Assembly: GCA_964549075.1 (NCBI GenBank)
Contig: CAZJUB010000033.1
Coordinates: forward strand, 1-28,052
Direction: 5' to 3'
Length of the DNA: 28,052 bases
Origin: an uncultured archaeon
GTDB lineage: Archaea; Asgardarchaeota; Heimdallarchaeia; Heimdallarchaeales; Heimdallarchaeaceae
Both the position numbers and the translations under genes were made by a program. The stretch's first letter is position 1. Each line of letters opens with the position of its first letter. Of the stretch, positions 1 to 8,683 are shown piece by piece. The notes below the pieces were generated by a model. The model was not told the origin of the DNA and did no database searches. It saw nothing but the letters and a program-made list of their open reading frames with translations.

Positions 1-371
1 TTTCTACTAAGAGATAAGGCTAGTTCTACAGATAGAATATCAGAAGTATTCGAATAGCTCAGTAATCCATATTCTTTATCTAAAATTATAAGATTCTTAA
101 AGTAATGAGGGAAATATAAGTCAATTTCTGAAACAGGATTACTTTCAAGATTTTCAATTGCTATTGATTCTTCTACTTTTATTTTATCTACGTCATCAAA
201 AGTAATTTGTGTTTCATGTAATGAACAATACAACGAATCATTATTAATTGTATAATTTGAACCGTTATCTCTTAAACAGATAGCAGTTGAATTTACTCTA
301 GAAAAAGAAAACAATAGAGATATTGAGATTAATAATGCTAAAGTTAGTAATTTTTTTCTATTATTCAACAA
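1..371 (-). CDS. Partial exported/membrane protein, paralog of the membrane-anchored HTH regulator at 4213-5256 (N-terminal part only; runs off the window)
   Basis: Not in the ORF track. Manual translation from TTG at 371 (or 368): LLNNRKKLLTLALLISISLLFSFSRVNS...SLHETQITFDDVDKIKVEESIAIENLESNPVSEIDLYFPHYFKNLIILDKEYGLLSY..., open to base 1. It has a signal peptide and aligns by eye with RSHITLVDIYQPSQITVQESFVVENTETINMSFVDLWFNTSLSTLIVEDGEGSLNY of 4213-5256. Confidence 0.8.
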   Translation of the reverse strand, partial: MLNNRKKLLTLALLISISLLFSFSRVNSTAICLRDNGSNYTINNDSLYCSLHETQITFDDVDKIKVEESIAIENLESNPVSEIDLYFPHYFKNLIILDKEYGLLSYSNTSDILSVELALSLSR

Positions 372-390
372 AGATATTTTATCTTACTAC

Positions 391-439
391 TAAAAAAAAA
401 TTTCTCAAAAAAAGAGAGAGAGACTAATCTCTCTTTCTT
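391..439 (-). terminator. Hairpin plus U-tract terminator of the serine hydrolase gene
   Basis: Minus-strand RNA AAGAAAGAGAGA-UUAG-UCUCUCUCUCUU (11 of 12 pairs, 412-439), followed by U-runs. Confidence 0.55.
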
Positions 440-1677
440 AATTTTGATAAAAATCTGTAAACAGAAAGCAATAATATAGGTAAAAGAGCAAAGTAATAGC
501 TACTTTCATCATCTATCGTACAAATGTCATTTATTTTTAATGAATGATTCATTAAGTATACGAAATATTGCATTATATTTGATAATATATCGTAATCTTG
601 TGTTAATTCTGTAGTAAAAGCTCCTTGATTAACAAAAAGGATAACACCTATACCTTCTGTAAAGAACATGAATGATGTATATCCTGGACCATTTCCGAGA
701 TAACCTTTCCAACCTTTATCTTCCCAGTTTACAAATATTCCTAAACCATGACCTGCACCTTGGTGATTGAACATATAGCTTTGAATCGAAGTAGCATTGA
801 GTAAGGTTGAGTTTCCATAAGAATAACCACACATTAAATCTGTTAGGAATTTTGCAAGGTCATTTGAAGTGCTTTTGAGAGTAAGACTGGTTCCAACATC
901 AAACAGTTCCATAGGATGAGTCGAACTTGCTATTGGATCCCAGAGGTAAGGTATTGCAATATCACTAATATCATAATTAAAGAAACTATTTTTTGTATTA
1001 CTCATTCCAAGAGGATCTAAGATATTAGATTGAACATATTCCAATATTGTTGTTCCAGTAACAATTTCAATGATATAACTTAGAATCTCGAAGTCCAGAG
1101 TTGCATAAGTATAGTCTTCTCCTGGCTCATATTCCCAATAATTAGGATCATACAATGAACCATTTACGTTGAGAAAATCATAGATATAATCCGGGAAAGG
1201 AATAGTTGAGTTTTGAATAGTGTTTAAAAAGGTTATATTTGCTCTATCATTTATTCCAGCTCTGTGTGCCAAAAGATTTTTACATGTAATTGGTGTATCT
1301 GGAAAATTAGGATTTTCAATAATGTAAGGTAAATAGGAATTTATATCTGCATTAATATCAATTAAACCCTCTTCTACAAGTTGTAAAGTTGCAACACCTC
1401 TCAAGACTTTATTAATAGAATGTAGTGGATTAACTAAATTTAAGCTACTTTGTTCACCATAACTTTTAGCAAAAACAACTTCTGTTCTATTATTTACAGT
1501 CATAGTACTAGTTTTAATTTGAGCTAGAGCCATTTTAGAATCTACTTGACTATCAAAATCTGTATCAAAAACTTCTGAGATTGGACAAGCATTAGCTCTT
1601 AATGAAAACAAAATTATTGTCATTAAAGAAAACATGGTCACCCAATTCTTGATTTTATTTTGTTTATTTTTATTCAT
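424..1677 (-). CDS. Beta-lactamase class C-like/PBP serine hydrolase, exported and C-terminally membrane-anchored
   Basis: SxxK (SINK), QLVEEGLID, LLAHRAG, EPGEDYTY and ILDPLGM motifs; signal peptide; C-terminal TM helix plus KLRKRD; GAGGTGA RBS upstream. Confidence 0.9.
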   Translation of the reverse strand: MNKNKQNKIKNWVTMFSLMTIILFSLRANACPISEVFDTDFDSQVDSKMALAQIKTSTMTVNNRTEVVFAKSYGEQSSLNLVNPLHSINKVLRGVATLQLVEEGLIDINADINSYLPYIIENPNFPDTPITCKNLLAHRAGINDRANITFLNTIQNSTIPFPDYIYDFLNVNGSLYDPNYWEYEPGEDYTYATLDFEILSYIIEIVTGTTILEYVQSNILDPLGMSNTKNSFFNYDISDIAIPYLWDPIASSTHPMELFDVGTSLTLKSTSNDLAKFLTDLMCGYSYGNSTLLNATSIQSYMFNHQGAGHGLGIFVNWEDKGWKGYLGNGPGYTSFMFFTEGIGVILFVNQGAFTTELTQDYDILSNIMQYFVYLMNHSLKINDICTIDDESSYYFALLPILLLSVYRFLSKLRKRD

Positions 1678-1682
1678 TTTTT

Positions 1683-1711
1683 CACCTCAAAGTCACAATG
1701 ACTTTGAAGTA
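1683..1711 (-). promoter_or_regulatory. RBS-overlapping inverted repeat (hairpin or operator)
   Basis: Perfect 9-bp inverted repeat TCAAAGTCA-caa-TGACTTTGA (1687-1707). In minus-strand RNA it extends to 13 bp with G-U pairs and includes the GAGGUG RBS. Confidence 0.55.
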
Positions 1712-1829
1712 CTACAGAAAACAAACTAGTAAAGATATCACCATAATTTTAGGTGAAACAACTTTGCAACAACATTTAAGGTAGAGAATATATACATCTT
1801 GTTTTTTGGTTGTGTTATAAGGAACAAAA

Positions 1830-2960
1830 TTATTTGCCTTTCACTTCTAATTTTTCATATCCGTATTTTTCTCTATATTCATCCCAATGTTTGTTCACTC
1901 TATTTATAACATCATCATCTGTAACATGATCATTTGGTTTATAGTCTCGTTTTTGAGATTCTGCATAAGCAATTATGTTATCCTTATATTCATCCCACCC
2001 ATCTAATTTCAGTGTTTTATAGATATGTTCCATCGTTTCTGAAGGTTTTTCTATGAATTCTTCATATTTAACATGTACAATATTTTCTTTTGGTATAAGA
2101 TCTAAATCTCTCTCATGACACTCATATAGAAGTTTGAAATTCCTTAGTATATCTTGTTTCATTTTCTCTTTATCCCAGTTTTGAAGTGTATAAATTGCAA
2201 AAACTTCATCAAAAAACTTCACTGTACTCGAATATACTTTGTAGGGATTACGGTAAGTATGGATAAATTTAGCGTTCGGAAACATTTCTAAAATGTCTCT
2301 AATTCTATAACTAAGAGTAGGATTTTTTAGAAACAGTGGTTTTCCACCGTGTCCTAGAGTTAACATTTGAACGAGATAATAATATTTCTTTTTCCATTTT
2401 TTATGATCTTCTGGTCTCTTATCAAAAGTCAGGAAATCAGAATAGAGGTCAAAATTTCGAGGAAAAACAAATCCAGTATAGTAACCATAAGGTGAAAAGG
2501 TACCTATACAATATTCCTCTTCAGTTGGCTCATCAGCTCCAAGAATCACATTATCCATTGGTCTAACATCAGGCAAAGAAGTCTCTATTATCCACCTAGT
2601 GAATTTTGGAAAAGCAAGATAGAACTGAGTCGCATATCCTTCAATATTTGAAACATAACCTTTAGATTTATCATATGCCATTAAAGTCATCAGATAGGTT
2701 GTACCAGTTCTATAATGACCTATAATAAAAATAGGATCTTCTTTGATTATTGTCTTCTTAATTTTCCTATCAAATCTAATACGTTGATAAAATCTAAGAG
2801 GAGTAACCAAAACCATTAGACCAACAGCATAAAGAAAACGTAAGAAATATTTGAAATCAACCTGGAATTTATTATCCCAAAGAACTCGAAGAAATGTTGG
2901 TAATGAATATCCTGCTAACGGTTCTTCTTTAACAACTAACCAAGTCTTATCATGTCCCAT
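1830..2960 (-). CDS. PAPS-dependent sulfotransferase (Sulfotransfer_3 / Stf-like)
   Basis: 5'-PSB loop IFIIGHYRTGTTYL, RPMDN, LKNP, FIHTYRNPY..YSS, VKYEEF. Start set at the second ATG (2960) because GGTG lies just upstream; the track start is 2972. Confidence 0.9.
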   Translation of the reverse strand: MGHDKTWLVVKEEPLAGYSLPTFLRVLWDNKFQVDFKYFLRFLYAVGLMVLVTPLRFYQRIRFDRKIKKTIIKEDPIFIIGHYRTGTTYLMTLMAYDKSKGYVSNIEGYATQFYLAFPKFTRWIIETSLPDVRPMDNVILGADEPTEEEYCIGTFSPYGYYTGFVFPRNFDLYSDFLTFDKRPEDHKKWKKKYYYLVQMLTLGHGGKPLFLKNPTLSYRIRDILEMFPNAKFIHTYRNPYKVYSSTVKFFDEVFAIYTLQNWDKEKMKQDILRNFKLLYECHERDLDLIPKENIVHVKYEEFIEKPSETMEHIYKTLKLDGWDEYKDNIIAYAESQKRDYKPNDHVTDDDVINRVNKHWDEYREKYGYEKLEVKGK

Positions 2961-3030
2961 AGTCCACACCATCTACAATAGTTAAGTAACACTTAGAGAA
3001 AATTGCTAGTTATTTATATTATTTTACCAG

Positions 3031-3071
3031 AAACAAAAGAAAAAAAGAGAACGAGTTTATACTCGTTTCTT
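3031..3071 (-). terminator. Hairpin plus U-tract terminator
   Basis: AACGAGT-ttat-ACTCGTT (3050-3067), extended by AAGA/TCTT, then a U-rich tract on the minus strand. Confidence 0.6.
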
Positions 3072-4112
3072 ACGTATAACTAATGCAGCTGCAGCTAGAA
3101 CGGGAATAGCGAAAAGAGCAAACCATGCAGCACTAACTCCACTAGCATCAGCAACGCCTAATACTGGATCATGAACTAATTTCAAACCATCACCATAGTT
3201 TGGATAAGCTAAAATTAGGTTGATGTATTCTCTACCAAATTCATGTCCCATTCCAAAGGACTGATCATAGCCAAAACTTGTAGCAGATGAAGTGACATTT
3301 ACTGTTTTTAGGTAGTTGTCCTCTTGATCAAAAACATCAGCTTGTTCTGTCCAAGCAAAGTAAGCGGATAATCTATCCTTATTATCGTTAAAGCCAATTC
3401 CATCTCTTGTATATTGTTGAGTTCGATTAGCTACAAATTCACTTGTGTTGTTAATTCTTACTCCATCCTCTGGCATACTGACCCTTTCACCAGTTTGAAT
3501 TCTGTGCCTATATTGATTTTCATGTACCTTAACGTTGAAGAACAATCCTGCAGCACCAGGTGAGAAATTCCAATTATTTACGATAATATCAAATTTGATT
3601 TCTTTTAGTCCTTTTGTAGTGTATGTTACAGTAGTATCGTTTAACTCTTGAGTAACAACAACATCTTGAAGGTAGATATGATAAACAAAGGAAATTGTTG
3701 CACCATTATCTAACGATGAAGAGGTTTGGGTAGCTACTATTTCATCAGTGAGATTTTCAGTAGTTATAGTCCAATCAATTGAAGAAGAGACAAGATTATA
3801 GATTTTTCCTCCTAGAAGATCATTACGACTATCAATTATTAGATCATCACCAAAGACTTCTCCTATATGATAGAAACCAACATGAAATATTGAAACATCT
3901 TTTTTACCTGCATCTTCATTAGATAACCAGAAGAAAATATCAGGTTTTCCTTCATTAAGTTTTACAGTAATATAAGGAGTCTTAATAAAAACAGAACCTT
4001 CTCTGTTGTCTATACTTCCTTCAGCAGGTGGAAATGCCATCGCGTTTGAAACAGAAGATAGAACAAACAATGAGATTATTCCGACCATCAGTATTTTGTG
4101 TATTGTTCTCAT
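3057..4112 (-). CDS. Exported surface protein of unknown function with C-terminal TM helix and basic tail
   Basis: Signal peptide (MRTIHK...NAMA), several NxT/S sequons, KFDIIVNNWNF and LVHDPVLG motifs, tail WFALFAIPVLAAAALVIRKKRV. Start at ATG 4112 with AGGTG RBS; the track start is 4127. Confidence 0.8.
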   Translation of the reverse strand: MRTIHKILMVGIISLFVLSSVSNAMAFPPAEGSIDNREGSVFIKTPYITVKLNEGKPDIFFWLSNEDAGKKDVSIFHVGFYHIGEVFGDDLIIDSRNDLLGGKIYNLVSSSIDWTITTENLTDEIVATQTSSSLDNGATISFVYHIYLQDVVVTQELNDTTVTYTTKGLKEIKFDIIVNNWNFSPGAAGLFFNVKVHENQYRHRIQTGERVSMPEDGVRINNTSEFVANRTQQYTRDGIGFNDNKDRLSAYFAWTEQADVFDQEDNYLKTVNVTSSATSFGYDQSFGMGHEFGREYINLILAYPNYGDGLKLVHDPVLGVADASGVSAAWFALFAIPVLAAAALVIRKKRV

Positions 4113-4147
4113 TTTTACACCTAACAATACCTTGAAAACGATAATAT

Positions 4148-4210
4148 ATGAAACATCGGTTAATGGGCGATTTCACACCATTGTAACACAGTATTGCAAC
4201 GGTTGGCAAC
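4148..4210. promoter_or_regulatory. Array of degenerate TTGCAAC-like repeats, candidate operator
   Basis: ATGAAAC 4148, ATTTCAC 4170, TTGTAAC 4181, TTGCAAC 4194 and TGGCAAC 4204, spaced 10-13 (or 22) bp apart upstream of a TATA-like element at ~4143-4149. Confidence 0.4.
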
Positions 4211-4212
4211 GA

Positions 4213-5256
4213 TTATTCGATGACAGTTTTACCATCTTCAGTCAGATAAATAACGTATGTTCGACCCCATTTCTCCCGTTTTATCAAACCTCTTAATTCT
4301 AATGGTACAAGATTTCTAGAAATTTTGGATTTACTATATCCAGTAACATCACATAATTCTTTTTGACTGACTTTTCCATTCTTATCATAAATGATTTGTA
4401 TCAAATCTTTTTGGTTATCTGTAAGTAAAGTCATCCCAATTTTCTTCATAGCTTTCTTTTCTCGATATCTGATTAGCCATGAAATTCCACTTACACCTAT
4501 AAAAACTCCAACTAGGACCCCTATTAGAAACATGGTTGACCCTCTCTCCCAAAAAGAAGGAGACTCTTCTATAACAAGAGCTTCATCGAATCTAATAAGG
4601 AAAAAAGGATTAACTCCTGCTGCTAAATTACTGTATATCCAAGTCGTTTTAATTCTATTTTTCTCAAGAATTTGAGTAGCATTACCTGGATAGAGTGATG
4701 GTGTGCTATCTGCAAATTCGTGCATAAAACTCCTTTCGGGAAGTAGAATAATCATTTTATAAGTACTTGTAAGGAAAGAAATAGTAGAAGAGAATTCAAA
4801 AGAATAATATGTTTGTTCGGTTCCTAGAAGATCTAAACTTGATACTAGATCATATTTTACAATGAATGAAGCAGTATCATTTTGTTCTAAATCAGTTCTA
4901 AAATTGACTCTAACTGAATTACTACTATTAGAAACAACTTGCCAATCATAATTTAATGAACCTTCACCGTCTTCTACTATTAATGTGCTTAATGAGGTAT
5001 TGAACCATAGATCAACAAAAGACATGTTAATAGTTTCTGTGTTCTCAACGACAAATGATTCTTGAACAGTAATTTGCGAAGGTTGATAAATATCAACTAA
5101 AGTTATATGTGAACGTACCAAAACTGGCTCTTGATAGAGTTTTATCTTCTTATTCACAAATGAGGTCTGACTTAATGTACATTGGGGGCCAATCAACGAT
5201 AATATTGTTGATAGAAGGATGATGATCAAAATTGTCTTGTGTAATGTGGACCTCAA
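4213..5256 (-). CDS. Membrane-anchored transcriptional regulator: signal peptide, extracellular beta domain, single TM, C-terminal winged HTH (COG2512-like)
   Basis: TM FLIGVLVGVFIGVSGISWLI followed by LTDNQKDLIQII...VSQKELCDVTGYSKSKISRNLVPLELRGLIKREKWGRTYVIYLT. Confidence 0.85.
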   Translation of the reverse strand: MRSTLHKTILIIILLSTILSLIGPQCTLSQTSFVNKKIKLYQEPVLVRSHITLVDIYQPSQITVQESFVVENTETINMSFVDLWFNTSLSTLIVEDGEGSLNYDWQVVSNSSNSVRVNFRTDLEQNDTASFIVKYDLVSSLDLLGTEQTYYSFEFSSTISFLTSTYKMIILLPERSFMHEFADSTPSLYPGNATQILEKNRIKTTWIYSNLAAGVNPFFLIRFDEALVIEESPSFWERGSTMFLIGVLVGVFIGVSGISWLIRYREKKAMKKIGMTLLTDNQKDLIQIIYDKNGKVSQKELCDVTGYSKSKISRNLVPLELRGLIKREKWGRTYVIYLTEDGKTVIE

Positions 5257-5325
5257 GTTAGTATCATGTGGTAACCGGGTAATAAAAAAATTTCCATTTA
5301 GTGCAAAGAGAAAAAAAAAGAAAAA

Positions 5326-6816
5326 TTAAGCGATGGATTCTTGAGAATGTTGCATTTCTTCTTTTTCTATTTCTGTTTGAGTTCTCATTCCATCTGCAAG
5401 ATAATCTTTAGCCCATTTCTTCCTTTCTTCAATTGAAGGTAATTTTACAAAATATGTTATTACTAATCCGATGACTAGAAGAATTAAAAGAAACATTATT
5501 CCAGCAGAATACACTCTTTCTGGATATCCTTGTCTTGCGAATATAGGGTAAAACAGAGCTATAATACCACCCCACATTGCAAAAGCTAGACTAGCATTTA
5601 GACGTCCTGTGATATATGAGAAACCCGTATATTCACCTATTTTATCAGGAGGAGCTAACTTAAGGATCATAACTCTCTGAACAACCCATGTTGAACCTAA
5701 ACCAACTCCAACTCCAATCATCATCAGTAACGTTAGTATGAAAAGAATTCCTGATTGAGGAGTTATACTCATTTTTCCAAACCAGATGGCAATTATACCT
5801 GAAATTAAACCAATAAAATATAACCCACCAACACACCAGATTGTAGTTTTGGGACTAAATTTATCTCCAAGCCAACCAATTATAGGAATAATTATAATAG
5901 CTAAAACAACAACTGGTATTTCAAGAAGTAGAGATTGTCCTTCTGGAAAGCCTATACCATCTCTCAGCACCGTAAGAAGTATGAGATTAGCCGTATTCGC
6001 CATATCTACGATAAAGAAATAACCTATGATGAATTTGAACATCTCTTTGTGTTGTCTAATATCTCTGAAAGTTCTATAAAGTTGCCCAAAAGAATCACTG
6101 AAAAGTTCTTTTAATGATGGTCTCTTACCAGGTCTAGTTTTTTCTTTAGTGAAAAAGAATGGTATCATGAAAGCGATGAACAAAGCTACACATAGAATAT
6201 AAGTTAAAGGTTTGTCATAATAGCCATATTCTAAAGGAGGTCTAAAGATTGTATTTCCGTTGTCTAATACTTGAACAGGTGGCAAGGCATTTGGTTCTCC
6301 ATAAATACTATTCATTAGTATTGTAATGCCAATTGCAGGTACAATAGAAACCCATCCTAAACCCATCGCAATTCCACTTGTTTTTCCAATATCTTCTTCT
6401 GCAGCAACAGACGGTATCATTGCGTCATAAGCTGTTAAAGCTGCCCAATAGGCTAAATTTGCTGCAATAAACAACGTCATGACTAACGCAAGATTCTTGT
6501 GTATCCACAAAAGAGACGTACCTAGAAGTGTTATTCCTGTTATTGAAATTACAAATGGTTTTTTCCGTCCTAACCTATCCATCATAGCTCCAATCAGAGG
6601 AATTATTGCAATTACAATAATCTGACTTAAAGCTTGAACTGTTGTAAAAAAGAAGTAAGCTCGGTCATAAGTCATTCCAAATTCTTTTTGTCCCATAATT
6701 TGAATATAACGAAGTATAATTGTCGATTGAATTATTTGGGAATAAACAGTATTTGCAATATCATAAAAGGAAAAAAGCAACACATTTTTTTTACTTGTTT
6801 TCATAACTAAGCTCAT
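5326..6816 (-). CDS. MFS transporter, UMF1/Atg22-like family
   Basis: About 12 TM segments; FYDIANT, motif A GAMMDRLGRKK, YDAMIP, GWLGDKFS, APPDKIGEYTG. Confidence 0.85.
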   Translation of the reverse strand: MSLVMKTSKKNVLLFSFYDIANTVYSQIIQSTIILRYIQIMGQKEFGMTYDRAYFFFTTVQALSQIIVIAIIPLIGAMMDRLGRKKPFVISITGITLLGTSLLWIHKNLALVMTLFIAANLAYWAALTAYDAMIPSVAAEEDIGKTSGIAMGLGWVSIVPAIGITILMNSIYGEPNALPPVQVLDNGNTIFRPPLEYGYYDKPLTYILCVALFIAFMIPFFFTKEKTRPGKRPSLKELFSDSFGQLYRTFRDIRQHKEMFKFIIGYFFIVDMANTANLILLTVLRDGIGFPEGQSLLLEIPVVVLAIIIIPIIGWLGDKFSPKTTIWCVGGLYFIGLISGIIAIWFGKMSITPQSGILFILTLLMMIGVGVGLGSTWVVQRVMILKLAPPDKIGEYTGFSYITGRLNASLAFAMWGGIIALFYPIFARQGYPERVYSAGIMFLLILLVIGLVITYFVKLPSIEERKKWAKDYLADGMRTQTEIEKEEMQHSQESIA

Positions 6817-6896
6817 AATGAACTATTTTGTTGTCGAATGACTCATTTAAAAATTTATTGAGAAAAATTTACAATTAGATTTTAAATGAACAACTT

Positions 6897-7787
6897 CTAG
6901 AGTGTATCAATATATTCAATTAGTTGTTTTGTAAATTCTGTAGCTCCAGGCAAATGATGCATATAGAGAAAACTAGGAACATGTAAATATGTACTTGTAG
7001 GAACTAAATCAACACATATTTTTGTTTCATTATCTTCGTGTAAATCTTCTTCAGTAGCTCCTACCATTAAAGTAGGTGTTTTAATTTTTTTGAAATCCTC
7101 TGTCCCATCCCACCAAGTTACCCAACGGGTTTTCTTCCATCTCATTGCACTTGCTGTTCCAACATATTTTTTGTATCTATCTCTTTGTATTCCTTTCTTA
7201 ACAACAGTACTAATCCAAATCATACCAACAAATCGTACTAGAACTGTTAGGATAAAACTTGGGATAAAATTAGTCAGAAAAATCAGTTTTGATGGTAATT
7301 TTGGTGTTCGTACAGGGCCTATCATTATTACTCCTAAAGGCTTAATCCACTCTTCCGCTAAAGCTCTTGCAACATATAAAGCAGATGAACTAGCGCAATA
7401 AATTATGGTCTTATTTGGGTCAAGTTTCAAACCTTCTAAAGTCTCTTTTACATCCAGACCTGATCTATTCATATTTCCTTTATGTTTCCACTTAACTTTT
7501 GATGTAGGTTTCTCTCTCGTTTCTAGAACATGTAAGTTGAAGTAGTCGTAAAGGCTATCCCACAAGTCGTTCCATGATAAAGGTACTGAAGCATAACCAG
7601 GAATGAAGAGTATATTGTAGTTTTTTGGATGCTTTCCTTTGGTTGTAAAATAAACTAAAAGTTCAGCTCCATCAGACATAGGAATATAAACTTGCTCTGC
7701 TTCTTTGTAGAATAGTTCTTTTTGTGTATATTCTTCTTCTTTATCTTCCTTTTGATCTGATTTTTTAGATTTCATGAATAAAATCAT
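6897..7787 (-). CDS. Alpha/beta-fold hydrolase
   Basis: MSDGAEL, ILFIPGY, KIKTPTLMVGATEEDLH; atypical nucleophile elbow YCASSSA. Confidence 0.75.
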   Translation of the reverse strand: MILFMKSKKSDQKEDKEEEYTQKELFYKEAEQVYIPMSDGAELLVYFTTKGKHPKNYNILFIPGYASVPLSWNDLWDSLYDYFNLHVLETREKPTSKVKWKHKGNMNRSGLDVKETLEGLKLDPNKTIIYCASSSALYVARALAEEWIKPLGVIMIGPVRTPKLPSKLIFLTNFIPSFILTVLVRFVGMIWISTVVKKGIQRDRYKKYVGTASAMRWKKTRWVTWWDGTEDFKKIKTPTLMVGATEEDLHEDNETKICVDLVPTSTYLHVPSFLYMHHLPGATEFTKQLIEYIDTL

Positions 7788-7877
7788 TATTTCTTCAGTT
7801 GTTTAAAAAACATTGTTGAACATTACGATTTTTTCTTTCTAAGGGATTACTTTATTTATGTTTGTATATTTCCTAGC

Positions 7878-8669
7878 TTGATTAAATTGGAGATTCCTAA
7901 AGATCACCCTAGAGCTCAATCCTTAATTGTTAGAGAAAAAATAATTGAAGGGATGCATAAAAATATTGTAGCTGAAGCAGGTTTAATTGCTCATGGAAGA
8001 GGAGAAGCTTTTGATTATCTAATTGGTGAAGAAACACCTAAATTTGCTCTAGAACAACAAAATGCAGCTGTTGCCTTACTCTTAACTGCAAAAAATCCCG
8101 TCCTTTCAGTAAATGGTAACGTTGCAGCTCTTTGTTCTGCAGAACTAATAAAATTTTCAGAAATACTAGATGCTCCGTTAGAAGTAAATTTATTTTATAG
8201 AAGAGAAGAAAGAGCACAATTGGTAGCAGAAAAATTAATTCAAAATGGAGCAAAAGAAGTATTAGGTATTAACAAAGACTATCTTACAGTAATATCTGAA
8301 CTATCTCATTCTAGACGAGTGGTTGACAAAAGAGGCATTTTTTCAGCTGATGTTGTATTTGTCCCTTTAGAGGATGGAGATAGAACAATGGCTCTTAGAA
8401 ATATAGGAAAGAAAGTAATTGCGGTTGATCTTAATCCGTTGTCAAGAACTTCTATCTGGTCATCTATAACCATTGTCAACAATATAATAAGAGCTATTCC
8501 AGAAATGATTGAAACTGCTGTTGAGTTAAAAAAATATTCAGAGGATAAATTAATTGGAATTGTCCAATCTTTCGATAATGATAAATCTTTAAGAGTAAGT
8601 CTTAACTATATATCTAAAAGACTTGAATCATTGGCAGAAAGTACTTTAGGGGATATTCGAAATAGTTGA
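7878..8669 (+). CDS. Phosphopantothenate synthetase (4-phosphopantoate--beta-alanine ligase, COG1701)
   Basis: IPKDHPR, GLIAHGRGEAFDYLIGE, SVNGN, EVNLFYR, VPLEDGDR, DLNPLSRT. Confidence 0.97.
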   Translation: MIKLEIPKDHPRAQSLIVREKIIEGMHKNIVAEAGLIAHGRGEAFDYLIGEETPKFALEQQNAAVALLLTAKNPVLSVNGNVAALCSAELIKFSEILDAPLEVNLFYRREERAQLVAEKLIQNGAKEVLGINKDYLTVISELSHSRRVVDKRGIFSADVVFVPLEDGDRTMALRNIGKKVIAVDLNPLSRTSIWSSITIVNNIIRAIPEMIETAVELKKYSEDKLIGIVQSFDNDKSLRVSLNYISKRLESLAESTLGDIRNS

Positions 8670-8683
8670 TAGATGGTGAATAA

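Noticed and set aside
5326-6816. Atg22-like MFS as a eukaryotic signature (autophagy) protein
   Set aside because: The UMF1/Atg22-like family is widespread in bacteria and archaea.
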